A DNA stretch of 24,000 nt from an uncultured Planctomycetota bacterium (GCA_963709355.1 CAVPVY010000005.1:715996-739995); one strand, 5' to 3'. Numbered from the stretch's first letter, positions 1 through 9,274 are shown. The notes: generated from the sequence alone by a model not told the origin. Numbers and translations are program-made.

Positions 1-1176
1 TATTCTGGAAGTTAAACTATGCCATATTCTAATTGGGAATATTCTGTTCGTTCCATCTTTATGTTCTTCAGCAATCTGTAAATCTGAATGTTCTGGTTGA
101 GCAGATTGTCTTGCAATATTTATAAGTATACCAATACCTATCATTGAGAATAGTAGTGACGAGCCCCCAGAGCTAACAAGAGGCAACGGAATACCTTTTG
201 TTGGTAAGCTTCCTGATACGACGGCTATGTTGATAATTGCCTGTAATCCAAACATTACAGTGATTCCAAATCCCATAAAAAATCCAAATATATCCCTGGC
301 TTCATGTGCAATTTTTAATCCTTGCCATATTAATAATAAGAACAAGCATATAATAACCATTACTCCGATAAAACCAAACTCTTCTCCTATAATAGTGAAT
401 ATAAAATCGCTGCTGCTTTCTGGCAAAAAGAATAGCTTTTGTTTGCTGCCTCCGATTCCAAGTCCTGTTATGCCTCCCGAACCAAGTGCAATCCATGATT
501 GAATTATATGATATCCTGCCCCTGCAGGATCTTCCCATGGATTAAGGAATGCAGTAATTCTTGTTTCTTTGTAGGAGTTATCGAACAACATTTCATAAAT
601 AAAAGGTGCAGATGCTATAAAAGTTAATAAAACGAAAATAATTCTTGTTCCACCGACGACAAGCATAATTAGTGACAATATTATTATAAATACAGAGGTG
701 CCAAAATCAGGTTCTTTTATTACGAGCGCACTTGTAGTGCCAATAATCAGAAATGGTAATAAGAAACCACGCTTAAATTTGTACATAAGATCTTGGTTTT
801 TTGCAATATAACCTGAAATAAATATTATGATTGCTAGCTTTGAGAATTCAGACGGTTGTATACCAAGTAAGTTTCCGAACCGAATCCATCTGCGTGCGCC
901 GTTTGTAATGGTCCCTATACCAGGTATCAACACAAGCAGAAGCAAGATAAAAGAAATAACCAGAATGGGGATACTTAATTTCTGTAAATAGTGATAATCT
1001 ACCTTCGTCATTATAGCAAGCAATACAGAACCTATTAGTATCCAAAGAAGATGTTTTAAAAATTGATAACTACTTATATTTGATCCAAAGCCTGTGGTAT
1101 CGGTACTGAATACTGTAACGATACTAAATCCAAGTAATGCTATTGCAATATAAATAACAAAATGCCACGATTTCAT
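1..1176 (-). CDS. ftsW: Peptidoglycan glycosyltransferase FtsW (SEDS family), 3' end cut by window edge
   Basis: Hand translation of the minus strand from ATG at 1176; it is absent from the ORF track because there is no in-window stop. Open for all 392 codons: MKSWHFVIYIAIALLGF...GARRWIRFGNLLGIQPSEFSKL...KEPDFGTS...SDFIFTIIGEEFGFIG...PTKGIPLPLVSSGGSSLL. These are polytopic-membrane SEDS hallmarks. GAGGA lies 8 nt upstream, and the gene follows mraY in dcw context. Confidence 0.85.
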   Translation of the reverse strand, partial: MKSWHFVIYIAIALLGFSIVTVFSTDTTGFGSNISSYQFLKHLLWILIGSVLLAIMTKVDYHYLQKLSIPILVISFILLLLVLIPGIGTITNGARRWIRFGNLLGIQPSEFSKLAIIIFISGYIAKNQDLMYKFKRGFLLPFLIIGTTSALVIKEPDFGTSVFIIILSLIMLVVGGTRIIFVLLTFIASAPFIYEMLFDNSYKETRITAFLNPWEDPAGAGYHIIQSWIALGSGGITGLGIGGSKQKLFFLPESSSDFIFTIIGEEFGFIGVMVIICLFLLLIWQGLKIAHEARDIFGFFMGFGITVMFGLQAIINIAVVSGSLPTKGIPLPLVSSGGSSLLFSMIGIGILINIARQSAQPEHSDLQIAEEHKDGTNRIFPIRIWHSLTSRI

Positions 1177-1188
1177 TAAACAGGTCCT

Positions 1189-2265
1189 CTAAAGTAATAC
1201 AAAACTAAAGATTGCCAGCATGGCTGCAATTACCCAGAATCTGATAGTAATTTTCGTTTCTGACCATCCAATAAATTGAAAGTGATGGTGTAACGGAGCG
1301 CAGCGAAAAACTCTTTTCTTTGTAATTTTATAATATAGCCTCTGAATAAGCACAGAAGTTGCTTCAGCAATAAAAACTCCACATAAAACAACCATAAGTA
1401 CCTCATGTTTTACAATTATTGCAAGTAATCCAAATATTCCTCCAAGTGCAAGAGAACCAGTGTCACCCATAAATACTTTTGCAGGGAAGCAGTTGTACCA
1501 TAAAAATCCCAGACTTCCACCTACAGTTGCAGCGCAGAAAACACTCAATTCTCCACTGCCAGGGACATAAGGAATCTTCAAATAATTGCTGAAATCTACA
1601 CTACCGGTAATATATGCAACAACCGCAAAGGCGCATCCTGCGAGGGTGCTGCATCCTATCGCTAACCCATCCAAACCATCTGTGAGATTAACCGCATTTG
1701 ACATTCCAACTATTAAAAGGGTAACAACTATAATATAGAATGGTCCTAAGTCTATTGTTGTATCTTTTATGAAAGGGAGAATAAGTTGTGTACCCCATGT
1801 AAATTTTTTAAAATGGAAAAACAAAATCAATCCGAGTATAAGTCCCAGGGCTGATTGAAACAATAGCTTTGATACATCGCTTAATCCGGCAGCATTCTTT
1901 TGTGTAAGTTTTATATAGTCATCAATAAACCCGAGCGCTCCAAGCCATATCATTGCAAACAACAACAAGAGTATATAACCATTATAAATATCACACCAGA
2001 GTAGTGTAGCAACAAGGATAGAAACGATAAAAGCAACACCACCCATTGTCGGTGTATCCTTTTTAGTAGAATGCATGTGCCGTAGTTCGTCAGAATCAGT
2101 TTTTGATGTATCTTCACCAACTTTTAATGACAATAGCTTTCTTATAAACCATTTACCAAAAAAAATACTAATAAAGAATGCAGTGAAAGCAGCTAGGCAA
2201 GAACGGTAAGACATATATTTTAAAAATTCTAAATCACCTATTGAAGAAAACCAACTGTATAGCAA
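1189..2265 (-). CDS. mraY: Phospho-N-acetylmuramoyl-pentapeptide transferase MraY
   Basis: 358-aa polytopic membrane ORF with MraY-family motifs GFIDDYIKL, NAVNLTDGLDGLA, MGDTGSLALGG, APLHHHF. TTG start with GAGG 8 nt upstream. Lies directly after murF. Confidence 0.93.
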   Translation of the reverse strand: MLYSWFSSIGDLEFLKYMSYRSCLAAFTAFFISIFFGKWFIRKLLSLKVGEDTSKTDSDELRHMHSTKKDTPTMGGVAFIVSILVATLLWCDIYNGYILLLLFAMIWLGALGFIDDYIKLTQKNAAGLSDVSKLLFQSALGLILGLILFFHFKKFTWGTQLILPFIKDTTIDLGPFYIIVVTLLIVGMSNAVNLTDGLDGLAIGCSTLAGCAFAVVAYITGSVDFSNYLKIPYVPGSGELSVFCAATVGGSLGFLWYNCFPAKVFMGDTGSLALGGIFGLLAIIVKHEVLMVVLCGVFIAEATSVLIQRLYYKITKKRVFRCAPLHHHFQFIGWSETKITIRFWVIAAMLAIFSFVLL

Positions 2266-2306
2266 CTTTTGAACCTCGATAACTTTTATTTTGATGCTTT
2301 TTAGTA

Positions 2307-3719
2307 TTAATTGTTGTGATAGTTACAAGCTGTTTCTTGTTTTGGAAAGGATTCTTTAAACTTCTGGATAATATCTTCCATGTGCATTACTCTTGACCCT
2401 TTAATTAATACAGTATCATTTTCTTTGAGCTTATTTATTTCGATAACTGATATTTCAGAAATATCGTTAAAGCTGACGATGTGGCTTCCTGGCATACCAT
2501 GTGCTTTGGCTGCATTTGCAATTTCAATTGCATATTTTCCTACTGTCCACAGTATGTCTATGTTAAGTTGTGCAACCATTTTTCCGATTTCGCGATGTAA
2601 TTGTGCAGATTCATTTCCAAGTTCTAGCATATCCCCGCATATAAATACTTTTCTACCGGTTGTGTCTGCATTGTAAAAATATTGTAGGGCGGCTCGCATA
2701 GATTCTGGATTTGCATTATATGCATCATTGATGATTGTAATATCTCCTGTACGTATATGCTCAATTCTCATAGACGGTAATTTAAATGTGGGGAAGGGGT
2801 TTTTTAACTTATCAGTATTGAGACCGAAAGCATGACAAACTGCAAGAGCCGCCAAGCTGTTATAAATATTATGATATCCTGCAATCGGAAGGCATATTTC
2901 TAGATTTTTATTGATTGTAAAAGTGTGTCCTACCCCTTTTTTCTTTACATCCGTGCATCTAATTTGTGCACCATAATTGAAACCAAAGCTTATTGCTTTG
3001 CCTTTAAATTCACTAGCTATTCTTACACACCATGGATTGTCAAAATTATAAACAAATGCGCCATTTTTTCTGAGGCTTTCAAGTATTTCTCCTTTTGCCC
3101 TCATGACACCTTCTATGCTTCCGAGACCTTCTAAATGAGTTTTTGATATATTTGTGATTACGGCAATATCAGGTGAGCCAATTTCAGATAATCTTCTAAT
3201 TTCTCCGCGTGCATTTGTTCCCATTTCCAATACGCCATATTGATGTCTGTTTTCTATTTCGAATATCGTTAATGGTACCCCTATAAAATTGTTATAACTT
3301 TTTTGTGATCTTGCAGTGGGACCAAAATGAGCTAACAGGTGATATGTCATTTCCTTGGTGGTCGTTTTCCCATTGCTTCCTGTAATACCAACAATCTTTA
3401 CATTTAATTTCTGGCGATAGTATTTGGCAAGGTCTCCTAACGCAATCTTGGTATCTCTTACTTGAATTAACAGGGAGTTACTATATACCGACCCTAATTC
3501 GATTCTGGATGATACAACTGCTCCTATGGCACCAGCATTCAAAGCCTCTGAAACAAACCGGTGGCCGTCATGACTATCGCCTATGATTGCAAAAAATAAA
3601 TCACCGGGTTTAGTTGCCCGGCTGTCTGTGGATATGCCTTTTACATTTTTGTTTTTACCGTAAGTTATTATCTGCCCGCTAATAGATTTAATAACTTCTT
3701 CTATTGATAAGATTTCCAT
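2307..3719 (-). CDS. murF: UDP-MurNAc-tripeptide--D-alanyl-D-alanine ligase MurF
   Basis: 470-aa ORF with Mur-ligase P-loop GITGSNGKTTTKEM and DAYNANPESM. Position after murE fits the dcw order. Confidence 0.92.
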   Translation of the reverse strand: MEILSIEEVIKSISGQIITYGKNKNVKGISTDSRATKPGDLFFAIIGDSHDGHRFVSEALNAGAIGAVVSSRIELGSVYSNSLLIQVRDTKIALGDLAKYYRQKLNVKIVGITGSNGKTTTKEMTYHLLAHFGPTARSQKSYNNFIGVPLTIFEIENRHQYGVLEMGTNARGEIRRLSEIGSPDIAVITNISKTHLEGLGSIEGVMRAKGEILESLRKNGAFVYNFDNPWCVRIASEFKGKAISFGFNYGAQIRCTDVKKKGVGHTFTINKNLEICLPIAGYHNIYNSLAALAVCHAFGLNTDKLKNPFPTFKLPSMRIEHIRTGDITIINDAYNANPESMRAALQYFYNADTTGRKVFICGDMLELGNESAQLHREIGKMVAQLNIDILWTVGKYAIEIANAAKAHGMPGSHIVSFNDISEISVIEINKLKENDTVLIKGSRVMHMEDIIQKFKESFPKQETACNYHNN

Positions 3720-3734
3720 TTTTATATAAATTTC

Positions 3735-5204
3735 TTAATAACTTTGTACTAAAGCACTTCCTAAAAATTGTTTTACGACTTCACGGTCGTCAAAAGTATA
3801 CCTTTTATTCTTTGTAATTTGATATTTTTCATGTCCCTTCCCTGCAATTATTAAAGTATCTCCCTTTTTGGCTTCGGCAATAGCCTCTTCAATGGCAACT
3901 TTTCTATCTGGTTGTATCCGAAAAGAGGCATCCTTTTTAATACCCTTTTGAATTTCATGTATAATACAAAGAGGGTCTTCTGAACGAGGATTATCGTTTG
4001 TTATCCAGAAAAGGTCAGAATATTTTTCTGCTATATATCCCATTTTTGGTCTTTTCTTCCTATCCCTATCTCCACCACATCCAAAAACAAGGATAATACG
4101 TCCTTTTGTTATTTCACGAAGTGTGATGAGAATCACCTGTAACGCCTGATGTGTATGTGCAAAGTCTATGTAAATATCAAAATTCTGTCCGTAGTTAATT
4201 TTTTCCAGTCGGCCGGGTACAGCACTCAACGATTCTATACCTTTTTTTACATCTTCAATTTTAAAACCAAGCGATAGTCCATTTGCTGCTGCAGCAAGGG
4301 CATTATATGTGTTGTGCTTTCCAACCAACTTCAGGTCAATAATTTCCTTGCCCCATGGAGAATTAAGCAAGAATTTTGTTGCGCAAGCACTTACATTTAA
4401 TATTTCTGCTATTACATCTGCTTCTTTGCGTTTTATTCCATACCAGATTACTTTTGATTTAGTACACTCTGCGAAATATTTGCTTGCATTATGATCTGCG
4501 TTTAATATTGTGAATGCATTTTGTTCGAGTTTATTTACGAGCTTAATCTTTTCTGCTCTATAATTAGTAATATTTTCATGATAATCGAGATGTTCTGCTG
4601 ATAAATTCGTGAATATTATAGAATCAAACCTTACACCATCTAACCTATGTTGTGAAATGGCATGAGATGATGCTTCTATTACAGCATGTCTTATATTAGA
4701 CTTGAGCATTTCAGAAAGATAATTCATAATATCAACAGACTCTGGAGTTGTTTCTTGTGCAGGTATTCTCCTATTGCCAATTTGATATTGAATTGTACCA
4801 ATCAATCCTGCTTCATAACCTGAAGCTTCAATAATTGATTTTGTAAAGTATGAAGTAGTTGTTTTCCCATTTGTTCCAGTGATGCCTGTTATTGTCATTT
4901 TTGAAGAAGGGTCTCCAAAGAATTGTCTACTCATAAACGCAAGTGCCAAGCGTGTATTGTTTACAATAATTTGGGGAACTTTTTTTGGGGTCTCTACTCT
5001 TCTTTCTGAGACAATTGCAACGGCCCCTTCTTCTATAGACGAATTTACAAAATCATGCCCGTCAAGTTTGTAGCCTTTAATTGCGACAAATATATAATCT
5101 GCTTTTACATTGCGCGAATCATGTGTGATTCCACATATTTCCTTTTCTATAAAGTCAAAGGTATTATATTTATTTAAATAAGAGCATAGCGCACTTAATT
5201 TCAT
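3735..5204 (-). CDS. murE: UDP-MurNAc-L-Ala-D-Glu--2,6-diaminopimelate ligase MurE
   Basis: 489-aa ORF with Mur-ligase P-loop GITGTNGKTTTSYF. NDNPRSEDP contains the DNPR motif associated with meso-DAP-adding MurE enzymes. Confidence 0.93.
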   Translation of the reverse strand: MKLSALCSYLNKYNTFDFIEKEICGITHDSRNVKADYIFVAIKGYKLDGHDFVNSSIEEGAVAIVSERRVETPKKVPQIIVNNTRLALAFMSRQFFGDPSSKMTITGITGTNGKTTTSYFTKSIIEASGYEAGLIGTIQYQIGNRRIPAQETTPESVDIMNYLSEMLKSNIRHAVIEASSHAISQHRLDGVRFDSIIFTNLSAEHLDYHENITNYRAEKIKLVNKLEQNAFTILNADHNASKYFAECTKSKVIWYGIKRKEADVIAEILNVSACATKFLLNSPWGKEIIDLKLVGKHNTYNALAAAANGLSLGFKIEDVKKGIESLSAVPGRLEKINYGQNFDIYIDFAHTHQALQVILITLREITKGRIILVFGCGGDRDRKKRPKMGYIAEKYSDLFWITNDNPRSEDPLCIIHEIQKGIKKDASFRIQPDRKVAIEEAIAEAKKGDTLIIAGKGHEKYQITKNKRYTFDDREVVKQFLGSALVQSY

Positions 5205-5210
5205 ATATGG

Positions 5211-5489
5211 TTATAAAGATTTTTTTAAAATTATCTCTTCCAATTTCATTGGGGAATAATTTATTTTTAACGTTGCATCATATTGCTGGATTTGTGTTCT
5301 TTCTGGCATGGTAATCTGTTCGTAAAAATGTTTTGTTCTATCAATCTTATCTATTTCTTCAGCATATTCTTTTAAAAGCCTGTTTAAAGTTTCCTTATGG
5401 TTTGTTCTTGCTAATTCCATGTCCTTATCCGTTGCATATAAACCATACCATAATATGAAGTTTTGTTTTTCAATTTCTTTATGTGTCAT
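5211..5489 (-). CDS. Hypothetical small soluble protein (92 aa) embedded in the dcw cluster
   Basis: ORF-track entry 5211..5519. I prefer the internal ATG at 5489 (MTHKEIEKQNF...) because GGAG lies 8 nt upstream. Charged and predicted helical, with no motif I recognise. Its stop is 6 nt before the murE ATG. Confidence 0.5.
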   Translation of the reverse strand: MTHKEIEKQNFILWYGLYATDKDMELARTNHKETLNRLLKEYAEEIDKIDRTKHFYEQITMPERTQIQQYDATLKINYSPMKLEEIILKKSL

Positions 5490-5600
5490 TTTTATACTCC
5501 GATGATAAAGAAAGAACATAAGAATTTGTCTATATATTAACTATTATTTCAAGTTGTTGAAATAATCTTTTTACCTCCTTTTTAAATATAAAATAAGATT

Positions 5601-7320
5601 TTACATGGTCGTTTGGAATTTTGTAGGTTCTATGCCTAAATAGAGTAACGAGCGCCTGATAATTTCTCTAACGACTGGTGCAGAGACTGTGCCTCCATAA
5701 TATGCACCATTTGTAGGTTCATTAATCATTACTAAAACACATATACGGGGGTTTTCTGCGGGTGCATAAGCAATAAATGAGCCAATATATTTATCATGCG
5801 AATACCTGCCTCCGCTATCCTGAACTTTTTGTGAAGTGCCAGTTTTGCCTGCTACATCGTATTCCAGGAGGTTTGCATTTTTTCCAGTGCCACCTGTAAC
5901 AACCTTTTTAAGTATAGGATTCATTATGTTGCGTGCTACATTTTCATCAATTACTCGCTTGCTTTTATGTGAGCTGTTTAAGTCTTTTTTTATAGTTTCA
6001 CCATCTATTCCAATTATTGCTTCTACAATCTGTGGTTTTTGTAAGAGGCCACCATTTGGAATGCTACAAAAAGCAGTAATAAACTGCAGCGGTGTAACAG
6101 CTAATTCATGCCCGATGGATACAGATGCAAGAGAATATTTTGACCATTGTTTTAAAGGACGGAAGGTACCGTTAATTTCACCTGGTAATTCAATACCAGT
6201 CTTTTCTCCAAAATTAAATTGTCTAAGATGATGATACATCTTTTCGTTCCCCATAAGCATTCCGAGTTTAGACATTCCTATATTACTTGAATAGGCAATA
6301 ATTTCAGATACTGTAAGATTACCATGACCGCCATGCGTATCGTGGAGGATTCTACCGTTTATTTCGTAGGCACCATTATTACAAAATAGTACATCGTTGG
6401 GTTTCATAATGCCTTGTTCGAATATACCTACTATTACAATCGGTTTCATTAATGATCCGGGTTCATAACAATCAGTAATAGCCAGATTTCTTCTATTGTT
6501 AACTGGATATTTTTTGAAATGATTTAGGTCATATGTAGGATAGTTAGCAATGGCAAGAACCTCAAATGTCGTTGGATCCATTACAATTGCTGTTGCTGAC
6601 GATGGTTCCCATTTCCTATAAGCAATTTCAAGCTCTTCTTCAGTAATACGTTGAATATTGGCGTCAATTGTTAATCTAATATTGTTCCCGTGTTTTGGGG
6701 ACTGTATTTTTGTGTCAGGTGTGATAATTTGGCGTTGTAATGCATCGCGATTTACAAATTTATATCCAGACACACCGGATAATTCTTTATCGAAATAAAG
6801 CTCAATACCTTCCAGGCCTTTTTCGTCAATATTTGTAAATCCTATAACGTGACTTGCTAATTGACCATTGCGATAGAAACGATGATATTCGTGTTGAGTG
6901 TAAATTCCCTTCAAAGACAATTTTTTAACCGCTTCAAGCTCTTCGTCGCTGAACTTTTCTTTTAAGCCAGACAAAGCGCTTGTTTTTATTATTTAATTTG
7001 GAGATCTTTGATGAATTGAGTTTTAGAATTTTGTTTAAAGGGCGTGTGGTATAGTTGACATCATCAATTTCGGCTGGGTTTGCATAAATAGAACCTACTT
7101 GTAAAGACTCGGCGAGCGTACTACCATTTCTATCAAGAATCATGCCTCTTCTGGCAGGCAATGAGACCTTTTTATACTGTTGTATTCTAGCACGTTTAGT
7201 GAATTCATCATGTTCAATTAGTTGAATGCGTCCTATACGAACTGCGATTGCGATGAACGCTATAATAAAAGCAAAGCCAATTATATTCGCCCAGAATCTA
7301 TGTTTTTTTAAAGGGGTCAT
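5601..7320 (-). CDS. ftsI: Peptidoglycan D,D-transpeptidase FtsI (class B PBP), interrupted by a 1-nt frameshift (two ORFs, 6934..7320 and 5601..6974)
   Basis: The N-terminal ORF has a TM anchor (FWANIIGFAFIIAFIAIAV) and the start of the PBP dimerisation domain (RRGMILDRNG...KRFVWLKRKV). The C-terminal ORF continues with SDEELEAVKKLSLKGIY...ASHVIGF. It carries the transpeptidase motifs SLMK (SxxK), SSN (SxN) and KTGT (KTG). The frames overlap at 6934-6974. Confidence 0.85.
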
Positions 7321-7355
7321 TTTGCTATTTATAAAAATAAATTAAAATATTTTTA

Positions 7356-7400
7356 CGGACGCTTTCGAGACTAGATTATTATCCGTCCCGAAAGCGTCCG
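7356..7400. repeat. Perfect 12-bp inverted repeat (CGGACGCTTTCG / CGAAAGCGTCCG) with a 21-nt loop
   Basis: Read directly: 7356-7367 is the exact reverse complement of 7389-7400. It is the most GC-rich element in an otherwise AT-rich 210-bp spacer between ftsL-like and ftsI. Confidence 0.85.
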
Positions 7401-7446
7401 GGAGGAGGGCTGTTGTATTTATTTCTAAAATTTCTTAGTTATAAGT

Positions 7447-7484
7447 AATCAGGCCGATTAAATAAGGTCTGGTTTATTTATTAT
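7447..7484 (+). terminator. Candidate plus-strand intrinsic terminator (9-bp stem with two G:U pairs, followed by a T-rich tail)
   Basis: AATCAGGCC (7447-7455) pairs with GGTCTGGTT (7466-7474). The pairs 7449:7472 and 7453:7468 are G:U wobbles in a plus-strand RNA but C:A mismatches in a minus-strand RNA. The stem is followed by TATTTATTAT. Confidence 0.3.
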
Positions 7485-7530
7485 AATTCAAGAGTAATTA
7501 TTTAGTTATGCAATGAGCAACAGTTCAGGT

Positions 7531-7863
7531 TTAATTTTTTTGTGTATACAGGTCTTTAATAAAATTGGTATCAGTTGCCTTTATTACATTGTCTTTGAAC
7601 TTTTGTCCCAAGAGAATAATGCCAGTTCTTTCCTCTTGGATTGTGATTGGTAATTTTAAAGACTGTACTTTAATGGCAATAATCTCTGGTTTCTTAAGAC
7701 GACTTACTTTGTAATTTAATATTTTGTTTTTTTCTTCAAGTTCCGCATAATTCTTTTGTAATTTGGCTATTTGGTATCCTACCTCTAATGTTTTGTTTTT
7801 TTCCAGAGCCACAAACATTGCCATTGCTATAGTTATAATGAATATCAATATTATTCTTGACAT
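7531..7863 (-). CDS. ftsL: FtsL-like cell division protein (single TM helix plus coiled coil)
   Basis: ORF-track entry 7531..7902. I prefer the ATG at 7863 (MSRIILIFIITIAMAMFVALEKNK...), which starts 7 nt after the rsmH stop. It has an N-terminal TM helix, then a heptad-like region (IAKLQKNYAELEEKNKILNYKVSRL), and sits in the ftsL slot between rsmH and ftsI. The call rests on position and architecture only. Confidence 0.55.
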   Translation of the reverse strand: MSRIILIFIITIAMAMFVALEKNKTLEVGYQIAKLQKNYAELEEKNKILNYKVSRLKKPEIIAIKVQSLKLPITIQEERTGIILLGQKFKDNVIKATDTNFIKDLYTQKN

Positions 7864-7870
7864 GCCCACA

Positions 7871-8770
7871 TCAGATCCTTTCAGCAGACCGTAATTTAGC
7901 ACTCCTACACCTTATATTACTTTTTATTTCAGATTTACCGGGAGTGATTGGTTTCTTGGTAATTATCCTGAATAGATTTTGTTTGGTCGATTCGGTGAAG
8001 ATATTTTTTACAATCCTGTCTTCAAGGGAATGGAAACTTATTATTACAATACGAGCGCCTGTATGCATATAATTATGAATTTTATCCAGGAAAATCTCCA
8101 GGTTTTCTAGTTCTTCATTAACCGCAATTCTTAATGCCTGGAACACCTTTGTTGCAGGATGTATTTTGCCCTTACCTTTTGAAACAGCATGTTCAACAAT
8201 AGCCGCCAAGTGTGTTGTCGAGGTAATACCAAATTTCCTTTCTTCATTTATTATGGCGGTTGCAATCCTTTTTGCCAATCGCTCTTCTCCGTATGTTCTT
8301 AATAATTTCTCCAGTTCCTGTTTAGAAAGCTTCTTTATCAACTTCTTTGCAGTTATTCCATTTGCCCTGTCCATTCTCATATCGAGAGGTCCGTTTTTGT
8401 AAAAACTGAATCCACGGTCTGCTCGGTCGAGTTGCATGGAAGACGCCCCAAGATCGAGCAGTACACCGTTAACTCTGTTTATGCCTGCCTGGCGCAGGAC
8501 TTCATCAATATCTGAATAGTTTGCATGATAAAGTCTAAAAATACCGCCTGTATTAGATAGGTTTTGTTTGGCTATTTGTAAAATTTCCATATCTTTATCA
8601 ATACCGATTAATAGTCCATCAGATTTTATTTTATCAATGATTTTCGTTGCGTGACCTCCGCTTCCTACAGTACAATCAACAATTGTATATCCTTGTTGTA
8701 ATTTTAAGTAATACAATACCTCCTCAACCATTACAGGTTTGTGAGGAAAATTATTTAAATTATCGCTCAT
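7871..8770 (-). CDS. rsmH: 16S rRNA (cytosine1402-N4)-methyltransferase RsmH (MraW)
   Basis: 299-aa ORF with HKPVMVEEV, DCTVGSGGH, DLGASSMQLD, SFHSLEDRIVK, which are typical RsmH motifs. Lies after mraZ. Confidence 0.93.
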   Translation of the reverse strand: MSDNLNNFPHKPVMVEEVLYYLKLQQGYTIVDCTVGSGGHATKIIDKIKSDGLLIGIDKDMEILQIAKQNLSNTGGIFRLYHANYSDIDEVLRQAGINRVNGVLLDLGASSMQLDRADRGFSFYKNGPLDMRMDRANGITAKKLIKKLSKQELEKLLRTYGEERLAKRIATAIINEERKFGITSTTHLAAIVEHAVSKGKGKIHPATKVFQALRIAVNEELENLEIFLDKIHNYMHTGARIVIISFHSLEDRIVKNIFTESTKQNLFRIITKKPITPGKSEIKSNIRCRSAKLRSAERI

Positions 8771-8823
8771 TTAGATTCATAAAAAGAAATATCTTTATAC
8801 CTTATTTCAATGGTAGTAATATT

Positions 8824-9264
8824 TTATTTGAAAAGATCCTCCGCTATTTTTTCGTATTCTTTATTATGTTCAGACTCGAAGTTTTTCCATCTGGTTTCAT
8901 CCCAGATCTCAATACGATTGCTTACACCTACGATAACAGCTTTTTTTTGAATTTTTGCAATATCTTTTAAATTTTGTGAGATCAATATACGTCCCTGCGA
9001 ATCATAATCTGGTATTTCTTGTGCTTTTGAAAAAAAAAGGCGCTGGAATTGACGCGCCTTTTCATTTGTAAAAGGAAGCTGGTTAATCTGTTGAACTATA
9101 TTCTGCCATTCTTTTGGAGTATACATGAATAGACAAACATCAAGCCCTATTGTTATAAAGAATCCTTTCCCATCTATTTTAGTATTAACCTTATCACGAA
9201 TATCAGAAGGTATGGCCAATCTATTCTTTTCATCAATTGTATGATGGTATTCACCAGTGAACAT
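8824..9264 (-). CDS. mraZ: Transcriptional regulator MraZ
   Basis: Two MraZ half-domains with DxxxR motifs (DEKNRLAIPS and DSQGRILISQ). Start placed at ATG 9264 (MFTGEYHH...), as in other MraZ proteins; the ORF-track start at 9288 adds 8 residues. GGGGA lies 7 nt upstream. Confidence 0.9.
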   Translation of the reverse strand: MFTGEYHHTIDEKNRLAIPSDIRDKVNTKIDGKGFFITIGLDVCLFMYTPKEWQNIVQQINQLPFTNEKARQFQRLFFSKAQEIPDYDSQGRILISQNLKDIAKIQKKAVIVGVSNRIEIWDETRWKNFESEHNKEYEKIAEDLFK

Positions 9265-9274
9265 TTTGTTATCC

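Noticed and set aside
227-1045. ORF-track entries 227..502(+), 302..538(-) and 848..1045(-)
   Set aside because: All lie inside, and out of frame with or antisense to, the uninterrupted 392-codon ftsW reading frame (minus strand, 1176 to the window edge). Their translations are low-complexity with no recognisable motifs, so they are shadow ORFs.
5572-5580. Strong SD-like AAGGAGGTA on the minus strand just after the ftsI stop
   Set aside because: No ATG, GTG or TTG follows at a workable distance. Only an ATT-initiated 5-codon frame follows, so a small gene is not supported.
6934-6974. Programmed +1 ribosomal frameshift in ftsI
   Set aside because: There is no prfB-like context (no CUU-UGA-type shifty stop at the junction and no upstream SD-like stimulator). 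The shift site is separated from the frame-1 stop by several codons. A mutation or sequencing error is the simpler explanation.
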